A stretch of DNA of 24,000 nucleotides from an uncultured Candidatus Saccharibacteria bacterium (GCA_903946795.1 CAJAXB010000090.1:11640-35639), one strand, 5' to 3'. Shown: positions 1 through 8,044, numbered from the stretch's first letter. The notes: generated by a model from the letters alone, not told the origin. Numbers and translations: made by a program.

Positions 1-501
1 CACAAATGCTGCACTGAGGAAAAATGCCAGTGCTAGCGAAAATACATATAGCTCCAATACCAATAACGGGAATATTAGGGCGACCATTCGGACATCAACT
101 TTATTTAAATACATAAATATAAATACGATTGTGAGATTAAGAAAGAGGTTTATTAATGCAGAGATAGAAGTAGCTAGAATTATGACGTATTTAGGGAAGT
201 TTATCTTGCGAATAAGATCTCCTTTAGCAACGATCACACTCACACACCCCATGGTAACCTCTACAAAAAAGTTCCATATTACTATTCCTAACAATAAATA
301 TATCGGATAGTGGGGAACTCCCTCACCTATTTTTAGAAATTTTGTAAAAACAACGTATAGAATTGCAAAGATCGCTAATGGTCTTAATAATGACCACATA
401 TAGCCTAAAAAAGATCCTTGGTATCGTAATTTAAAATCAGACTTAACGAGCTGTTTTAGCAGAATGAATGAATATTTATAGCGTTGTCTAATATTTTGCA
501 C
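1..501 (-). CDS. ABC-2 type polysaccharide/teichoic-acid export permease (Wzm/TagG-like); the 3' end runs off the window
   Basis: Absent from the ORF track because no stop lies inside the window. My reverse-strand translation from GTG (499-501) reads MQNIRQRYKYSFILLKQLVKSDFKLRYQGSFLGYMWSLLRPLAIFAILYVVFTKF... This carries the DFKxRYxGSxLGxxWxxLxP signature typical of the N-terminus of ABC-2 glycan exporter permeases, followed by hydrophobic helices. An in-frame TGA immediately upstream limits the start. Confidence 0.75.
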   Translation of the reverse strand, partial: MQNIRQRYKYSFILLKQLVKSDFKLRYQGSFLGYMWSLLRPLAIFAILYVVFTKFLKIGEGVPHYPIYLLLGIVIWNFFVEVTMGCVSVIVAKGDLIRKINFPKYVIILATSISALINLFLNLTIVFIFMYLNKVDVRMVALIFPLLVLELYVFSLALAFFLSAAFV

Positions 502-528
502 TTCGTCTCATTTTATAGTTTTTTGCCC

Positions 529-558
529 TATACAGCAACGTTAAGTTACCCCTATAAT
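529..558 (+). promoter_or_regulatory. Candidate sigma70-type promoter for the rmd-like gene, leaderless geometry
   Basis: Perfect TATAAT at 553-558. There is a 4/6 match to the -35 hexamer (TATACA, 529-534) with an 18-nt spacer. The A of the ATG at 565 sits exactly 7 nt after the last T of the -10, and there is no Shine-Dalgarno sequence in between. Confidence 0.4.
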
Positions 559-564
559 GTTCGT

Positions 565-1503
565 ATGGCTAAATCTATACTGGTCGCAGGAATTAATGGG
601 TTCGTAGGAAAGCATCTCGCCAAGGAACTTCATTCATGTGGATACGAAGTGTTCGGTACGGGAATGGATGAAAACATATCACCCGAGATAACCAAAGAGG
701 TCAAGCAATATATAAAGTGCGATCTTACAAGCCCTAAAGATATAGAGAAACTACCCTTAAGTGATATCAATGCCGTGATAAACCTTGCGGGGTTGGCACA
801 AGTAGGAACCTCATTTGGAAAAGAAGATTTGTATAACAAAATAAATGTCGAGGTGCACTCCTTAATAATAGAACGTATCCAGCAATTAAACCTGAATGTC
901 CGAATACTTGTAATTAGTACCGGCGCAGTCTATGACAATAACCAAGAAATGCCCCTGACAGAAAGTAGTCCATTCATAAATGGAGGCTCACCATATGCAG
1001 CGAGCAAAGTTTTACTAGAAAAAACTCTTGAGAAATATATAGAAGATGGGATGGACATAATAATCGCCAGGCCCTTCAATCATACGGGGCCGGGACAGCT
1101 TGACGGATTTATCGTTCCTGACCTAACCTCAAAAATATTAATTCAAGATGAAATAACTGTCGGACCGTTAAATACAAGTCGTGATTACACCGACGTTAGA
1201 GACGTTGTACGAGCCTATCGTATGATAATTGAAAAACCTGAGCGGTCTTCTCATAGAGTCTATAATGTCTGTTCAGGAGTACCTACTTCAAGAGATCAAA
1301 TCATCGAAAAGATCAAAGCTGCAACAGGCAAAGAGACATTGGAAGTAAAAGTAGACGAAGCATTAGTACGTCCAAACGACGCTCTATTAATATACGGGAG
1401 CAACAATCGTATAGGTAAAGATTTTGGATGGCAACCTTCTATTTCAATAGACAAAACCATTAAGGACTTCGTCGATTGGAAGAAAAATTTAAGTATTAGC
1501 TAG
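565..1503 (+). CDS. rmd: NAD(P)-dependent SDR epimerase/reductase, most likely GDP-4-dehydro-6-deoxy-D-mannose reductase (Rmd-like)
   Basis: Starts MAKSILVAGINGFVGKHL (Rossmann GxxGxxG). Has the YAASK catalytic YxxxK, plus ARPFNHTGPGQ, SRDYTDVRDV and YNVCSG blocks that I recognise from Rmd-type reductases. It converges on and overlaps gmd by 8 bp. I trimmed the track ORF (TTG at 484) to the ATG at 565. Confidence 0.7.
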   Translation: MAKSILVAGINGFVGKHLAKELHSCGYEVFGTGMDENISPEITKEVKQYIKCDLTSPKDIEKLPLSDINAVINLAGLAQVGTSFGKEDLYNKINVEVHSLIIERIQQLNLNVRILVISTGAVYDNNQEMPLTESSPFINGGSPYAASKVLLEKTLEKYIEDGMDIIIARPFNHTGPGQLDGFIVPDLTSKILIQDEITVGPLNTSRDYTDVRDVVRAYRMIIEKPERSSHRVYNVCSGVPTSRDQIIEKIKAATGKETLEVKVDEALVRPNDALLIYGSNNRIGKDFGWQPSISIDKTIKDFVDWKKNLSIS

Positions 1504-2491
1504 TCTTTTGGTCCGACTCAAGCTCTAGATCGTATTCAACCATTTTTTTAACGAGTCCTGGGAAATCTACCTTGCGCTTCCAGCCAAGCACTTTCTCTGC
1601 CTTAGTTGGGTCACCTAATAGCAAATCTACTTCTGCAGGCCTCATAAATGCTGGGTCTTGCTTTACGTAAGGCTTCCAGTCATCAATCCCAATCTCTTTA
1701 AACGCAAGAGTCAGAAATTCCTCAATAGAGTGTGTCTCTCCTGTTGCCAATACGAAATCATCAGGCTTATCTTGTTGCAACATGCGCCACATTCCTTCAA
1801 CGTAATCGCCTGCATATCCCCAGTCACGTTTTGGCCAAAGATCACCAAGAACGATATGATCCTGTTTACCAAGTTTAATCCTGGCTACAGCGTTACTGAT
1901 CTTTCTGGTAACAAACTCGAGTCCTCTGCGCTCCCCTTCATGATTAAAGAGAATGCCGCAGCTGACAAACATACCGTAGCTCTCGCGGTAATTCGTTGCT
2001 ATCCAGTGACCATACAGTTTAGCGACGCCGTAGGGACTTCTTGGATGAAATTTCGACTCTTCAGTATAACCATTCTTGGGCCGGTTATATTCAAGGCCTC
2101 CATACATTTCAGAAGTTGATGCCTGATAAAAGCGAACTGTCTTTTCACCACCTGAAAGTCGAATCGCCTCGAGCATATTAAGTACGCCCTTGCCCGTAAC
2201 ATCTGCGGTAAGGATTGGATTCTTGAACGAATAGCCTACATGGCTAATAGCAGCCAGGTTATACACTTCCTGAGGCTTTGCAGTTTCCATCGCTCTCACT
2301 AATGAAGAAAGATCGCTCAAATCGGCTTCAATAATATTCACATAAGGAAGTTCTGTTTCTACATTTTTACGTCGAGGGTTTTGTTGCGCCCTCATTATGC
2401 CATATACCTTGTAGCCTTTTTCGTGTAATAGCTGTGCAAGATGGTATCCATCCTGTCCTGTGATTCCTGTAATTAGTGCTGTTTTTGCCAT
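1496..2491 (-). CDS. gmd: GDP-mannose 4,6-dehydratase
   Basis: MAKTALITGITGQDGYHLAQLLHEKGYKVYGIMR..., STSEMYG and YGVAKLY motifs, 331 aa. This is classic Gmd sequence and length. Confidence 0.93.
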   Translation of the reverse strand: MAKTALITGITGQDGYHLAQLLHEKGYKVYGIMRAQQNPRRKNVETELPYVNIIEADLSDLSSLVRAMETAKPQEVYNLAAISHVGYSFKNPILTADVTGKGVLNMLEAIRLSGGEKTVRFYQASTSEMYGGLEYNRPKNGYTEESKFHPRSPYGVAKLYGHWIATNYRESYGMFVSCGILFNHEGERRGLEFVTRKISNAVARIKLGKQDHIVLGDLWPKRDWGYAGDYVEGMWRMLQQDKPDDFVLATGETHSIEEFLTLAFKEIGIDDWKPYVKQDPAFMRPAEVDLLLGDPTKAEKVLGWKRKVDFPGLVKKMVEYDLELESDQKTS

Positions 2492-2500
2492 TTTTTTTCC

Positions 2501-2686
2501 TTACTCTTGATTAAACGATATTCTTACTTGGTGCTCAATAACACCGGATTCCTGCATCTTTTCGCGAATCTTATAGTAGTTTTCAGTAAGCGCTTCGCTA
2601 TATAATTCTAGCGCTTCATTACTTCTTGGATCCATGCCAAGTTCTTGTGAAAAATCATTAAGACTACCTAGTTTTTTTTCAGACAT
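2501..2686 (-). CDS. Small hypothetical protein (61 aa), co-transcribed upstream of gmd
   Basis: The ORF ends 9 nt before the gmd ATG, and an AAGGA ribosome-binding site lies in the gap. The sequence is acidic and looks helical. I recognise no family. Confidence 0.45.
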   Translation of the reverse strand: MSEKKLGSLNDFSQELGMDPRSNEALELYSEALTENYYKIREKMQESGVIEHQVRISFNQE

Positions 2687-2728
2687 TCTTACCCCATATT
2701 CTTATGTCTTATTATTATACAAAACCTG

Positions 2729-4036
2729 TTACGTATTTTTCGTTGTAATATTCTTAGATTTGTTTACGATCAATGCGATGGTAATGCCCGCAAGAATCCA
2801 CCATTGTGCAGCTACAGCTTCATTCGTCCAAAGATGCATGAGCATACTCAAGGCAAGATAGGCTATCGCACTCGCCATAAGACTCGAGGCAAGAATTCCC
2901 TTTTGCTTCTGTAGAACGTAGAGAATGTATCCCCAAATACTCAAGAAGAGTATGAGCCCAACAATACCAACCTCGTAGCTAATTTGCACATAATAGTTTT
3001 CGGTTAGTGTACCGCCGCTAGGATTTTGAATCGATACAATACCTGCAGTTCCCGGCCCATGCCCCTCAGGCGTCTTAATTGAGGCTATGGCACCCTCTTT
3101 CGCGAGTCGTATATGGAGTGCATTTGAATCTTCGCTTGCTTGGGTACTTTCGTCGCTGTGAAGAATAAGATTCTGCACTATATATTGGTCTCTCAATATA
3201 TAGCCACCAACTCCAAGCACTAAGAATCCCGACACAAGCGATACGGTAATTATCTTCATGTGCTTATGAATCCAGCTTCTGAAGTGGAGAGCTAACAGAG
3301 CACTAACCGCAATTATCGCGCCAAGCCATCCACCTCGAGAAAATGTGAGAAATAGAGCAAGTACTTGCATGCAGAGCGCACCAATGTATATCTGTTTATT
3401 TTTCTTATTCGTAAATAACAGGCTAATTGTTAGACAAATTGGAACCAGTAAATAGACTGCGAGTGAGTTAGGGTCTCTTAACGTCGACATTACTCTTGGA
3501 AGATTAACTTTATCGTCAATGAAGAAGGCTGGTTTTACTCCACGCGCTACGCTATATCCAAAGTGAGTCAGAATATCCTTAGGTAAAAAGTATTGAATAA
3601 CTCCTAGAGCAGCGACTATCGTGCCAGCTATAACGACAAGTTTAATCACTCGCTTCTGCGTAATATAGTTTGGAGCCAGTAGTGCAGCACCCATTCCTAA
3701 GACCGCAAAGAGCACGACGCGGGTATTGTAGACTGTGCCCAATATCGCAGTAGGCCTGTAGATATCTGGACGCATAAACCAGACCAATAGATGTTGTAGT
3801 CCATACGCAATCGCGAGCACCGTCAGTAACGTAAAGATCTTGTTCTGCTTCTTGTTGACATAGACAAGAAATATCGTCAAAAGAACGGCTAGGCCTAAGA
3901 AAACGTCTTTAGCGGCCTTCCATACGCTCAGACCACCAGTTAGAAGGCTCAGTGATTGCGTTAAGAAAATATGAAAGGGCATATATGCCAGTAGTAGGTA
4001 GGTTGCTTTAGCTGGTAGGCGTTTTATGTCATTCAT
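2729..4036 (-). CDS. O-antigen ligase / O-antigen polymerase family polytopic membrane protein (Wzy_C-type)
   Basis: 435 aa with about 10-12 hydrophobic helices. A central FSRGGWLGAIIAVSALL block matches the Wzy_C/O-antigen-ligase loop motif, and a larger loop follows it (HSDESTQASEDSNALHIRLAKEG). Confidence 0.7.
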   Translation of the reverse strand: MNDIKRLPAKATYLLLAYMPFHIFLTQSLSLLTGGLSVWKAAKDVFLGLAVLLTIFLVYVNKKQNKIFTLLTVLAIAYGLQHLLVWFMRPDIYRPTAILGTVYNTRVVLFAVLGMGAALLAPNYITQKRVIKLVVIAGTIVAALGVIQYFLPKDILTHFGYSVARGVKPAFFIDDKVNLPRVMSTLRDPNSLAVYLLVPICLTISLLFTNKKNKQIYIGALCMQVLALFLTFSRGGWLGAIIAVSALLALHFRSWIHKHMKIITVSLVSGFLVLGVGGYILRDQYIVQNLILHSDESTQASEDSNALHIRLAKEGAIASIKTPEGHGPGTAGIVSIQNPSGGTLTENYYVQISYEVGIVGLILFLSIWGYILYVLQKQKGILASSLMASAIAYLALSMLMHLWTNEAVAAQWWILAGITIALIVNKSKNITTKNT

Positions 4037-4058
4037 CTTATAATTGTACTATTACTTT

Positions 4059-5183
4059 ATGAAACAGTCTCAAAAACACATTGTCATAGATGCACGAATT
4101 CGGAGAGCTAGTACTGGTCGCTATGTCGATAGGCTCATAGAACACCTGCAGGACATTGATTCTGAAAACAACTACACGATACTCTTGCAACCGGACGACG
4201 ACTGGAAACCACGAAAGGATAACTTTTGCAGTGTTCCGTGTAAATATAAACAATTTTCCTTTAATCCAATCGACCAAATAGGGTTCGCGCATCTCCTATA
4301 CCGACTACGGGCAGATTTGGTGCATTTCCCTCTGAATCAACAGCCTTTGTTCTACTTCAGACCTGTCGTTACATCCACACTTGATCTGACAATGCTACGT
4401 TTTACTCGAGCAGGGAAAACACCTTTGCCTATTTTTTGGATAAAAATGGCAGCCTACCGTTTCCTATTTTGGTATAGCAACAAAAAGTCCAAAGCTATTA
4501 TTACGATAAGTAACTATGTTAAAGATGATCTCGCTAAAAATTATCCCTTCACCAAAGACAAAACAACGACAACGTACTGTGCAAGTGAACCTCCCCTTTC
4601 TGTGGCAGCTGCGCAGCCCAGCTTTATTGGTAGTAAAGATCAGTTCCTGCTCTACATTGGTACTGCATTTCCTCACAAGAATCTCAGCTCCCTTGTTAGG
4701 GTTATGCCTGAGATACTAGAGAAATACCCTAACATTAAGCTCGTCCTGGCTGGCAAAAAAGAACAGTATTACGAGAAGCTTACTAAGGTAGTTTCTAAGC
4801 TTGGTTTATCTGACCACGTTATAATTCCGGGCTTTGTATCGGATGCTGAGCTCAAATGGCTATACACTCATTGTCAGGCATATGTATTCCCTTCTCTTTC
4901 AGAAGGATTTGGTTTGCCAGGTCTAGAAGCTATGGTGCATGGAGCGCCAGTGGTTAGTAGTAACGCGACCTGTCTACCTGAGATATATGGTAATGCAGCC
5001 TTATTCTTTAATCCAGAAAATGTAGAGGACGTGTCGCTAAAAATAGAGCGGATTCTCAGCGATACTGAGCTTCGTAAAGAATTGATTAAAAGGGGATATT
5101 CTCAGGTTAAAAAGTACTCTTGGAAAAATATGGCAAGCCAAACCCTGGAAGTATATAAATCGGTCCTGAAAAATAGAAGTTAG
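4059..5183 (+). CDS. Glycosyltransferase family 4 (GT-B, WbpX/Y/Z- or mannosyl/rhamnosyltransferase-like)
   Basis: C-terminal FPSLSEGFGLPGLEAMVHGAPVVSSNATCLPEIYG is the GT4 EX7E region. The N-terminal half begins IVIDARI...TGRYV. I moved the start from the track's TTG (4044) to ATG 4059 (MKQSQKHIVIDAR). Confidence 0.85.
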   Translation: MKQSQKHIVIDARIRRASTGRYVDRLIEHLQDIDSENNYTILLQPDDDWKPRKDNFCSVPCKYKQFSFNPIDQIGFAHLLYRLRADLVHFPLNQQPLFYFRPVVTSTLDLTMLRFTRAGKTPLPIFWIKMAAYRFLFWYSNKKSKAIITISNYVKDDLAKNYPFTKDKTTTTYCASEPPLSVAAAQPSFIGSKDQFLLYIGTAFPHKNLSSLVRVMPEILEKYPNIKLVLAGKKEQYYEKLTKVVSKLGLSDHVIIPGFVSDAELKWLYTHCQAYVFPSLSEGFGLPGLEAMVHGAPVVSSNATCLPEIYGNAALFFNPENVEDVSLKIERILSDTELRKELIKRGYSQVKKYSWKNMASQTLEVYKSVLKNRS

Positions 5184-5187
5184 CGTC

Positions 5188-5216
5188 TTGACGCTTAAGC
5201 GTTTAAGCGCTATACT
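5188..5216 (+). promoter_or_regulatory. Toxin-antitoxin promoter with an embedded operator-like repeat
   Basis: -35 TTGACG (5188-5193), 17-nt spacer, -10 TATACT (5211-5216). The spacer contains the 10-bp palindrome CGCTTAAGCG (5192-5201). It also contains a direct repeat of TTAAGCG (5195-5201 and 5203-5209). The ATG at 5224 lies 8 nt after the -10 and has no SD. Confidence 0.55.
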
Positions 5217-5223
5217 TACAACC

Positions 5224-5457
5224 ATGAGTACAAACGATACTAAAACTACACTTTATTTAAGTCCAAGTGTGCGTCGTGCACTAAAGCGTCGCATTATTGA
5301 AACGAACCAGACGATGTCTCAGTATGTTGACCGTGCAGTCGCCGAATCCCTTGCTGAAGATTTGGAAGATATTGAAGCTATTGAAAAGCGAAGAAATGAA
5401 CCAACCGAAAATCTCGAAGACTTTATAAAAGCTATAAAAGCCGATGGCCTTATATAA
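5224..5457 (+). CDS. Type II antitoxin, ribbon-helix-helix (RelB/ParD/CopG-like)
   Basis: MSTNDTKTTLYLSPSVRRALKRRIIETNQTMSQYVDRAV has an RHH beta-strand plus helix pattern, and the tail is acidic. It overlaps the downstream RelE/ParE toxin gene by 14 nt. The start was trimmed from TTG 5188, which is the -35 element. Confidence 0.75.
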   Translation: MSTNDTKTTLYLSPSVRRALKRRIIETNQTMSQYVDRAVAESLAEDLEDIEAIEKRRNEPTENLEDFIKAIKADGLI

Positions 5458-5704
5458 AATCGAAATAAATAAGAAAGTCCGTAAAAAAGACTTGGTCGCA
5501 ATTCCCCCTAAAGACGTAAAGAGAATCATTGAAAGAATAAAAAAACTAGCAGTTGACCCTTTTCCTATTGATGCAGTGCAATTAAAAGGCAGAGTCGAGT
5601 GGAGAGTTCGTCAGGGAGACTATCGAATACTGTACGTGGTCGACGAAGATATAATAACTATCTACGTAATAAAAATTGGACACCGTAAAAGCATCTACAA
5701 GTAG
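5444..5704 (+). CDS. Type II toxin, RelE/ParE superfamily
   Basis: 86 aa. WRVRQGDYRILYVVDEDIITIYVIKIGHRKSIY is the characteristic RelE/ParE C-terminal pattern (R.G.YR..Y......I.I..IGHR...Y). Confidence 0.85.
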   Translation: MALYKIEINKKVRKKDLVAIPPKDVKRIIERIKKLAVDPFPIDAVQLKGRVEWRVRQGDYRILYVVDEDIITIYVIKIGHRKSIYK

Positions 5705-5705
5705 A

Positions 5706-6167
5706 TTATTCTTTTGCTGGAGTTTTTAACACGATATGACGGTCTCGTCCTTCGCCAACTGATTCAGTTTGAAGCCCGTTGTCTCCGGCAAGCTTGTGAA
5801 CTGTTCTACGGTCTGCTGCATTCATTGGCTTTAAGTGCATGTCTTCATTAGTTTCTTTAACTTTTGCGATCCATTCTTCTGCAGTCTGAGCTAAACGATC
5901 TGATCGTGCTTTTTTGTAATCGGCAACATCAACATTAACACGCGTAACCGGGTAGTCATTATTTTTTAAGGCATTACTAACAATAAATTGTAGAGCACGA
6001 ACTGTATCACCATGCTGGCCAATAAGAAAGCCGTTTAGATGAGTTGATGGAATATTAAGTTCAATGACTTCGTCATCACTGTTATGTGCAGTAACAACCG
6101 TATTTAAACCAAAGAATGATAGAAGATCCTCAAGATACTTCTTAGCATAGATGATTGATTCGTCCAT
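5706..6167 (-). CDS. jag: Jag/KhpB-type RNA-binding protein (KH + R3H domains)
   Basis: C-terminal MNAADRRTVHKLAGDNGLQTESVGEGRDRHIVLK is an R3H motif. It lies immediately downstream of yidC, which is the conserved yidC-jag pairing. An AAGGAG RBS is embedded in the yidC 3' end. Confidence 0.85.
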   Translation of the reverse strand: MDESIIYAKKYLEDLLSFFGLNTVVTAHNSDDEVIELNIPSTHLNGFLIGQHGDTVRALQFIVSNALKNNDYPVTRVNVDVADYKKARSDRLAQTAEEWIAKVKETNEDMHLKPMNAADRRTVHKLAGDNGLQTESVGEGRDRHIVLKTPAKE

Positions 6168-6170
6168 ATT

Positions 6171-7094
6171 CTAACTCCTTGTTTTATTAGATCCCTTCTT
6201 TGGAGCCTTCTTTTTTGGTTTTTTGTTTTTAGGAGGAATAATCTCTGCTTCTATAACTTTCTTACTGCCGGTTGTCGCGGTCGTCATTTCAGTCTTATCC
6301 TGCCCAAGAACTTTAGCTTGCTGGATAAACGCTACGATTCCACTCGTAAGCCAGTAGAGCGATAGGGCAGAGGCTATATTAACTGTAAAGATAAATATAA
6401 ATATCGGAAGGATAAATTTAGTACTCCTCCCAACAGCTGCGCTAACTTCTGCTTGGTCTGCCTGCTTACCTTCTCCTGCTTGTCCAAGAATTTGTCGCAG
6501 TGTTTTCTTATCCCTATCGTCTGGCATGAGCTGTTTCGCTTGGTAGTATTGCATTATGGCACTGGCAACTACAATAATCATTGCTGGCCAATATATAACG
6601 CCTCCTTTTTCTATGGCAGCTTTCGTAAGGTCTACGACTCCAAGCAGAGTACTGTCGAATTTGGATGGGTCAGCAGCCAATGTCTTAATCCAAGGAAGTT
6701 TAGCTATGAAAGGATATGAAAAATCGATAATCGCACCTTGATCCTTAACAATTCTATTGAGACCACTATAAAGTCCTAAGAAAATCGGTATCTGCACAAT
6801 GAGTAGGCCAATGCTCGAGAATGGATTAATCTCTCGTTCTTTATAGAGCTCCATCATCATCATAGATTCTTTTTGACGATCGCCTTTTGCGGCAAGTTTA
6901 ATGCGCTTTAGCTCTGGTTGCAGCTCACGCATAGCTTTTGCCTGGTGCAATTGCTTTTTGATGAGTGGCCACATGAGCAGACGAACGAGAATCGTGAATA
7001 AGATAATAGCCAATCCGAAGTTGTGGCCTGGAATGATTGCATAGATAAGAACCAGAAGGTTAAAAATAGGTTTAACAATAAGTGCAGTAAACAT
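6171..7094 (-). CDS. yidC: Membrane protein insertase YidC (short, monoderm type)
   Basis: LAIILFTILVRLLMWPLIKKQ, MRELQPELKRIK, NPFSSIGLLIVQIPIFLGLY and ALSLYWLTSGIVAFIQQ blocks, with a basic Lys-rich C-terminal tail. It sits in rnpA-yidC-jag synteny. Confidence 0.93.
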   Translation of the reverse strand: MFTALIVKPIFNLLVLIYAIIPGHNFGLAIILFTILVRLLMWPLIKKQLHQAKAMRELQPELKRIKLAAKGDRQKESMMMMELYKEREINPFSSIGLLIVQIPIFLGLYSGLNRIVKDQGAIIDFSYPFIAKLPWIKTLAADPSKFDSTLLGVVDLTKAAIEKGGVIYWPAMIIVVASAIMQYYQAKQLMPDDRDKKTLRQILGQAGEGKQADQAEVSAAVGRSTKFILPIFIFIFTVNIASALSLYWLTSGIVAFIQQAKVLGQDKTEMTTATTGSKKVIEAEIIPPKNKKPKKKAPKKGSNKTRS

Positions 7095-7201
7095 ACGAGC
7101 TCCTCTATATGTAGGTTAGTATTGGACTCTTTGTAGGAAAGCTATTAAACTCACGCCAAAAGCTACAGTTATAATACCATGTTTATCACTGTTACGCAGG
7201 G

Positions 7202-7543
7202 TTATTTTTGGGATTGTTGCAGGAGTTTAAGAATCGTTTCTTCAAGCTCGTTAGCCGGCATGATTACGACTTGGTCACTATAGACGGTTACGACGATATC
7301 GAGATGCTTTACTATTTCAGCTTCATTCTTTCGAATAATTTCATATATACGTCGTCGCATCCGATTACGTTTTACTGCAGATTTACTCACTTTCTTACTC
7401 ACGACCACAGCACAGCGATAATCAGTAGTCCGTGAGTTAATTGCAATACGCACTGCGAGGAAAGTAGAACGATACGTTTTTCCATTGGCATACACAAATC
7501 TCAGACTATTACGTCCGTGAAACCGATGTTTATAAGAAATCAT
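7202..7543 (-). CDS. rnpA: Ribonuclease P protein component
   Basis: 113 aa and basic. VVVSKKVSKSAVKRNRMRRRIYEIIR is the RNR motif region. It lies directly downstream of rpmH. Confidence 0.9.
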   Translation of the reverse strand: MISYKHRFHGRNSLRFVYANGKTYRSTFLAVRIAINSRTTDYRCAVVVSKKVSKSAVKRNRMRRRIYEIIRKNEAEIVKHLDIVVTVYSDQVVIMPANELEETILKLLQQSQK

Positions 7544-7575
7544 AATACTAGTATAAGATTTTCTTGAAGAAATCT

Positions 7576-7713
7576 TTAGTGAGTTAGTCGTGCGCGACCT
7601 TTGTTTCGTCGTGCGCGTAAAATGTTACGACCGGCTTTTGTTGCCATTCGTTTTAAGAATCCGTGTTCGCGTGCGCGATGTCGTTTCTTAGGTTGGTATG
7701 TTCGTTTTGGCAT
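7576..7713 (-). CDS. rpmH: 50S ribosomal protein L34
   Basis: Below the ORF-track length cutoff. My translation of the reverse strand is [45 protein letters not shown], then TAA (45 aa). This is an unmistakable L34 sequence. Confidence 0.93.
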   Translation of the reverse strand: MPKRTYQPKKRHRAREHGFLKRMATKAGRNILRARRNKGRARLTH

Positions 7714-8044
7714 GGTATTACTGTATCCTTATTTGCTTAGTTATCCAAGTTTAGTGTCAACTGTAAAGTCACTGTTGTACTAAAGTACATTGATCTGTGA
7801 CAAATATTACTACGTAGTAGCGTCAAATTGACAATATTTAACCCACTAATTCTATCAAGTTTTCCACCATACTCCAAGTCTTTTCCACAGATTACTAGAG
7901 AGAGCGTTCCTATGTGCACAAGTTTATACCTGTTTGCAAGATTTTTTATATACGACCTCTAAAAGAATTTCGAGCTTGTGGAAAACTCAGTCCTTTTTGT
8001 ATAGAATACCTTTATATCAATTAGGTGAAGTGGTAGTGAGGGTT
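7714..8044. promoter_or_regulatory. oriC left part / dnaA promoter region: DnaA-box cluster between rpmH and dnaA
   Basis: Near-consensus DnaA boxes (consensus TTATCCACA) are:
- TTTTCCACA, 7881-7889
- TGTGGAAAA (reverse complement TTTTCCACA), 7977-7985
- TTTTCCACC, 7860-7868
- TTATCCAAG, 7741-7749
There is a 12-bp palindrome TACTACGTAGTA at 7808-7819 and an AT-rich run at 7940-7970. A possible dnaA -10 (TAGAAT, 8002-8007) has its -35 position overlapping the box at 7977-7985. Confidence 0.7.

Noticed and set aside
484-564. N-terminal extensions proposed by the ORF track (TTG 484 for rmd, TTG 4044 for GT4, TTG 5188 for the antitoxin, TTG 7934 for dnaA, ATG 15202 for the hydrolase)
   Set aside because: In each case a downstream ATG gives the family-typical N-terminus. 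The extension also overlaps promoter elements, DnaA boxes or the upstream gene's stop codon.
1658-2119. 153-aa ORF antisense to gmd. Similar long antisense ORFs occur at 13868-14173, 14606-14881, 17462-17737, 17762-18079, 18671-18949 and 19070-19327.
   Set aside because: All lie fully inside strongly supported genes on the opposite strand and have low-complexity, family-less translations. They are typical shadow ORFs.
7095-7201. Possible yidD gene or small RNA in the 107-bp rnpA-yidC spacer
   Set aside because: No ORF of useful length lies on either strand, and I could find no convincing stem-loop or tRNA-like structure. The spacer most likely holds only the yidC RBS (GAGGAG) and perhaps an internal promoter. 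yidD appears simply absent here.
7601-7919. Two 60-aa ORFs (7601-7783 on plus, 7737-7919 on minus) around the rpmH-dnaA spacer
   Set aside because: The first is the antisense shadow of rpmH, which translates to a clear L34 on the minus strand. The second lies across the DnaA-box cluster. Neither has coding features.
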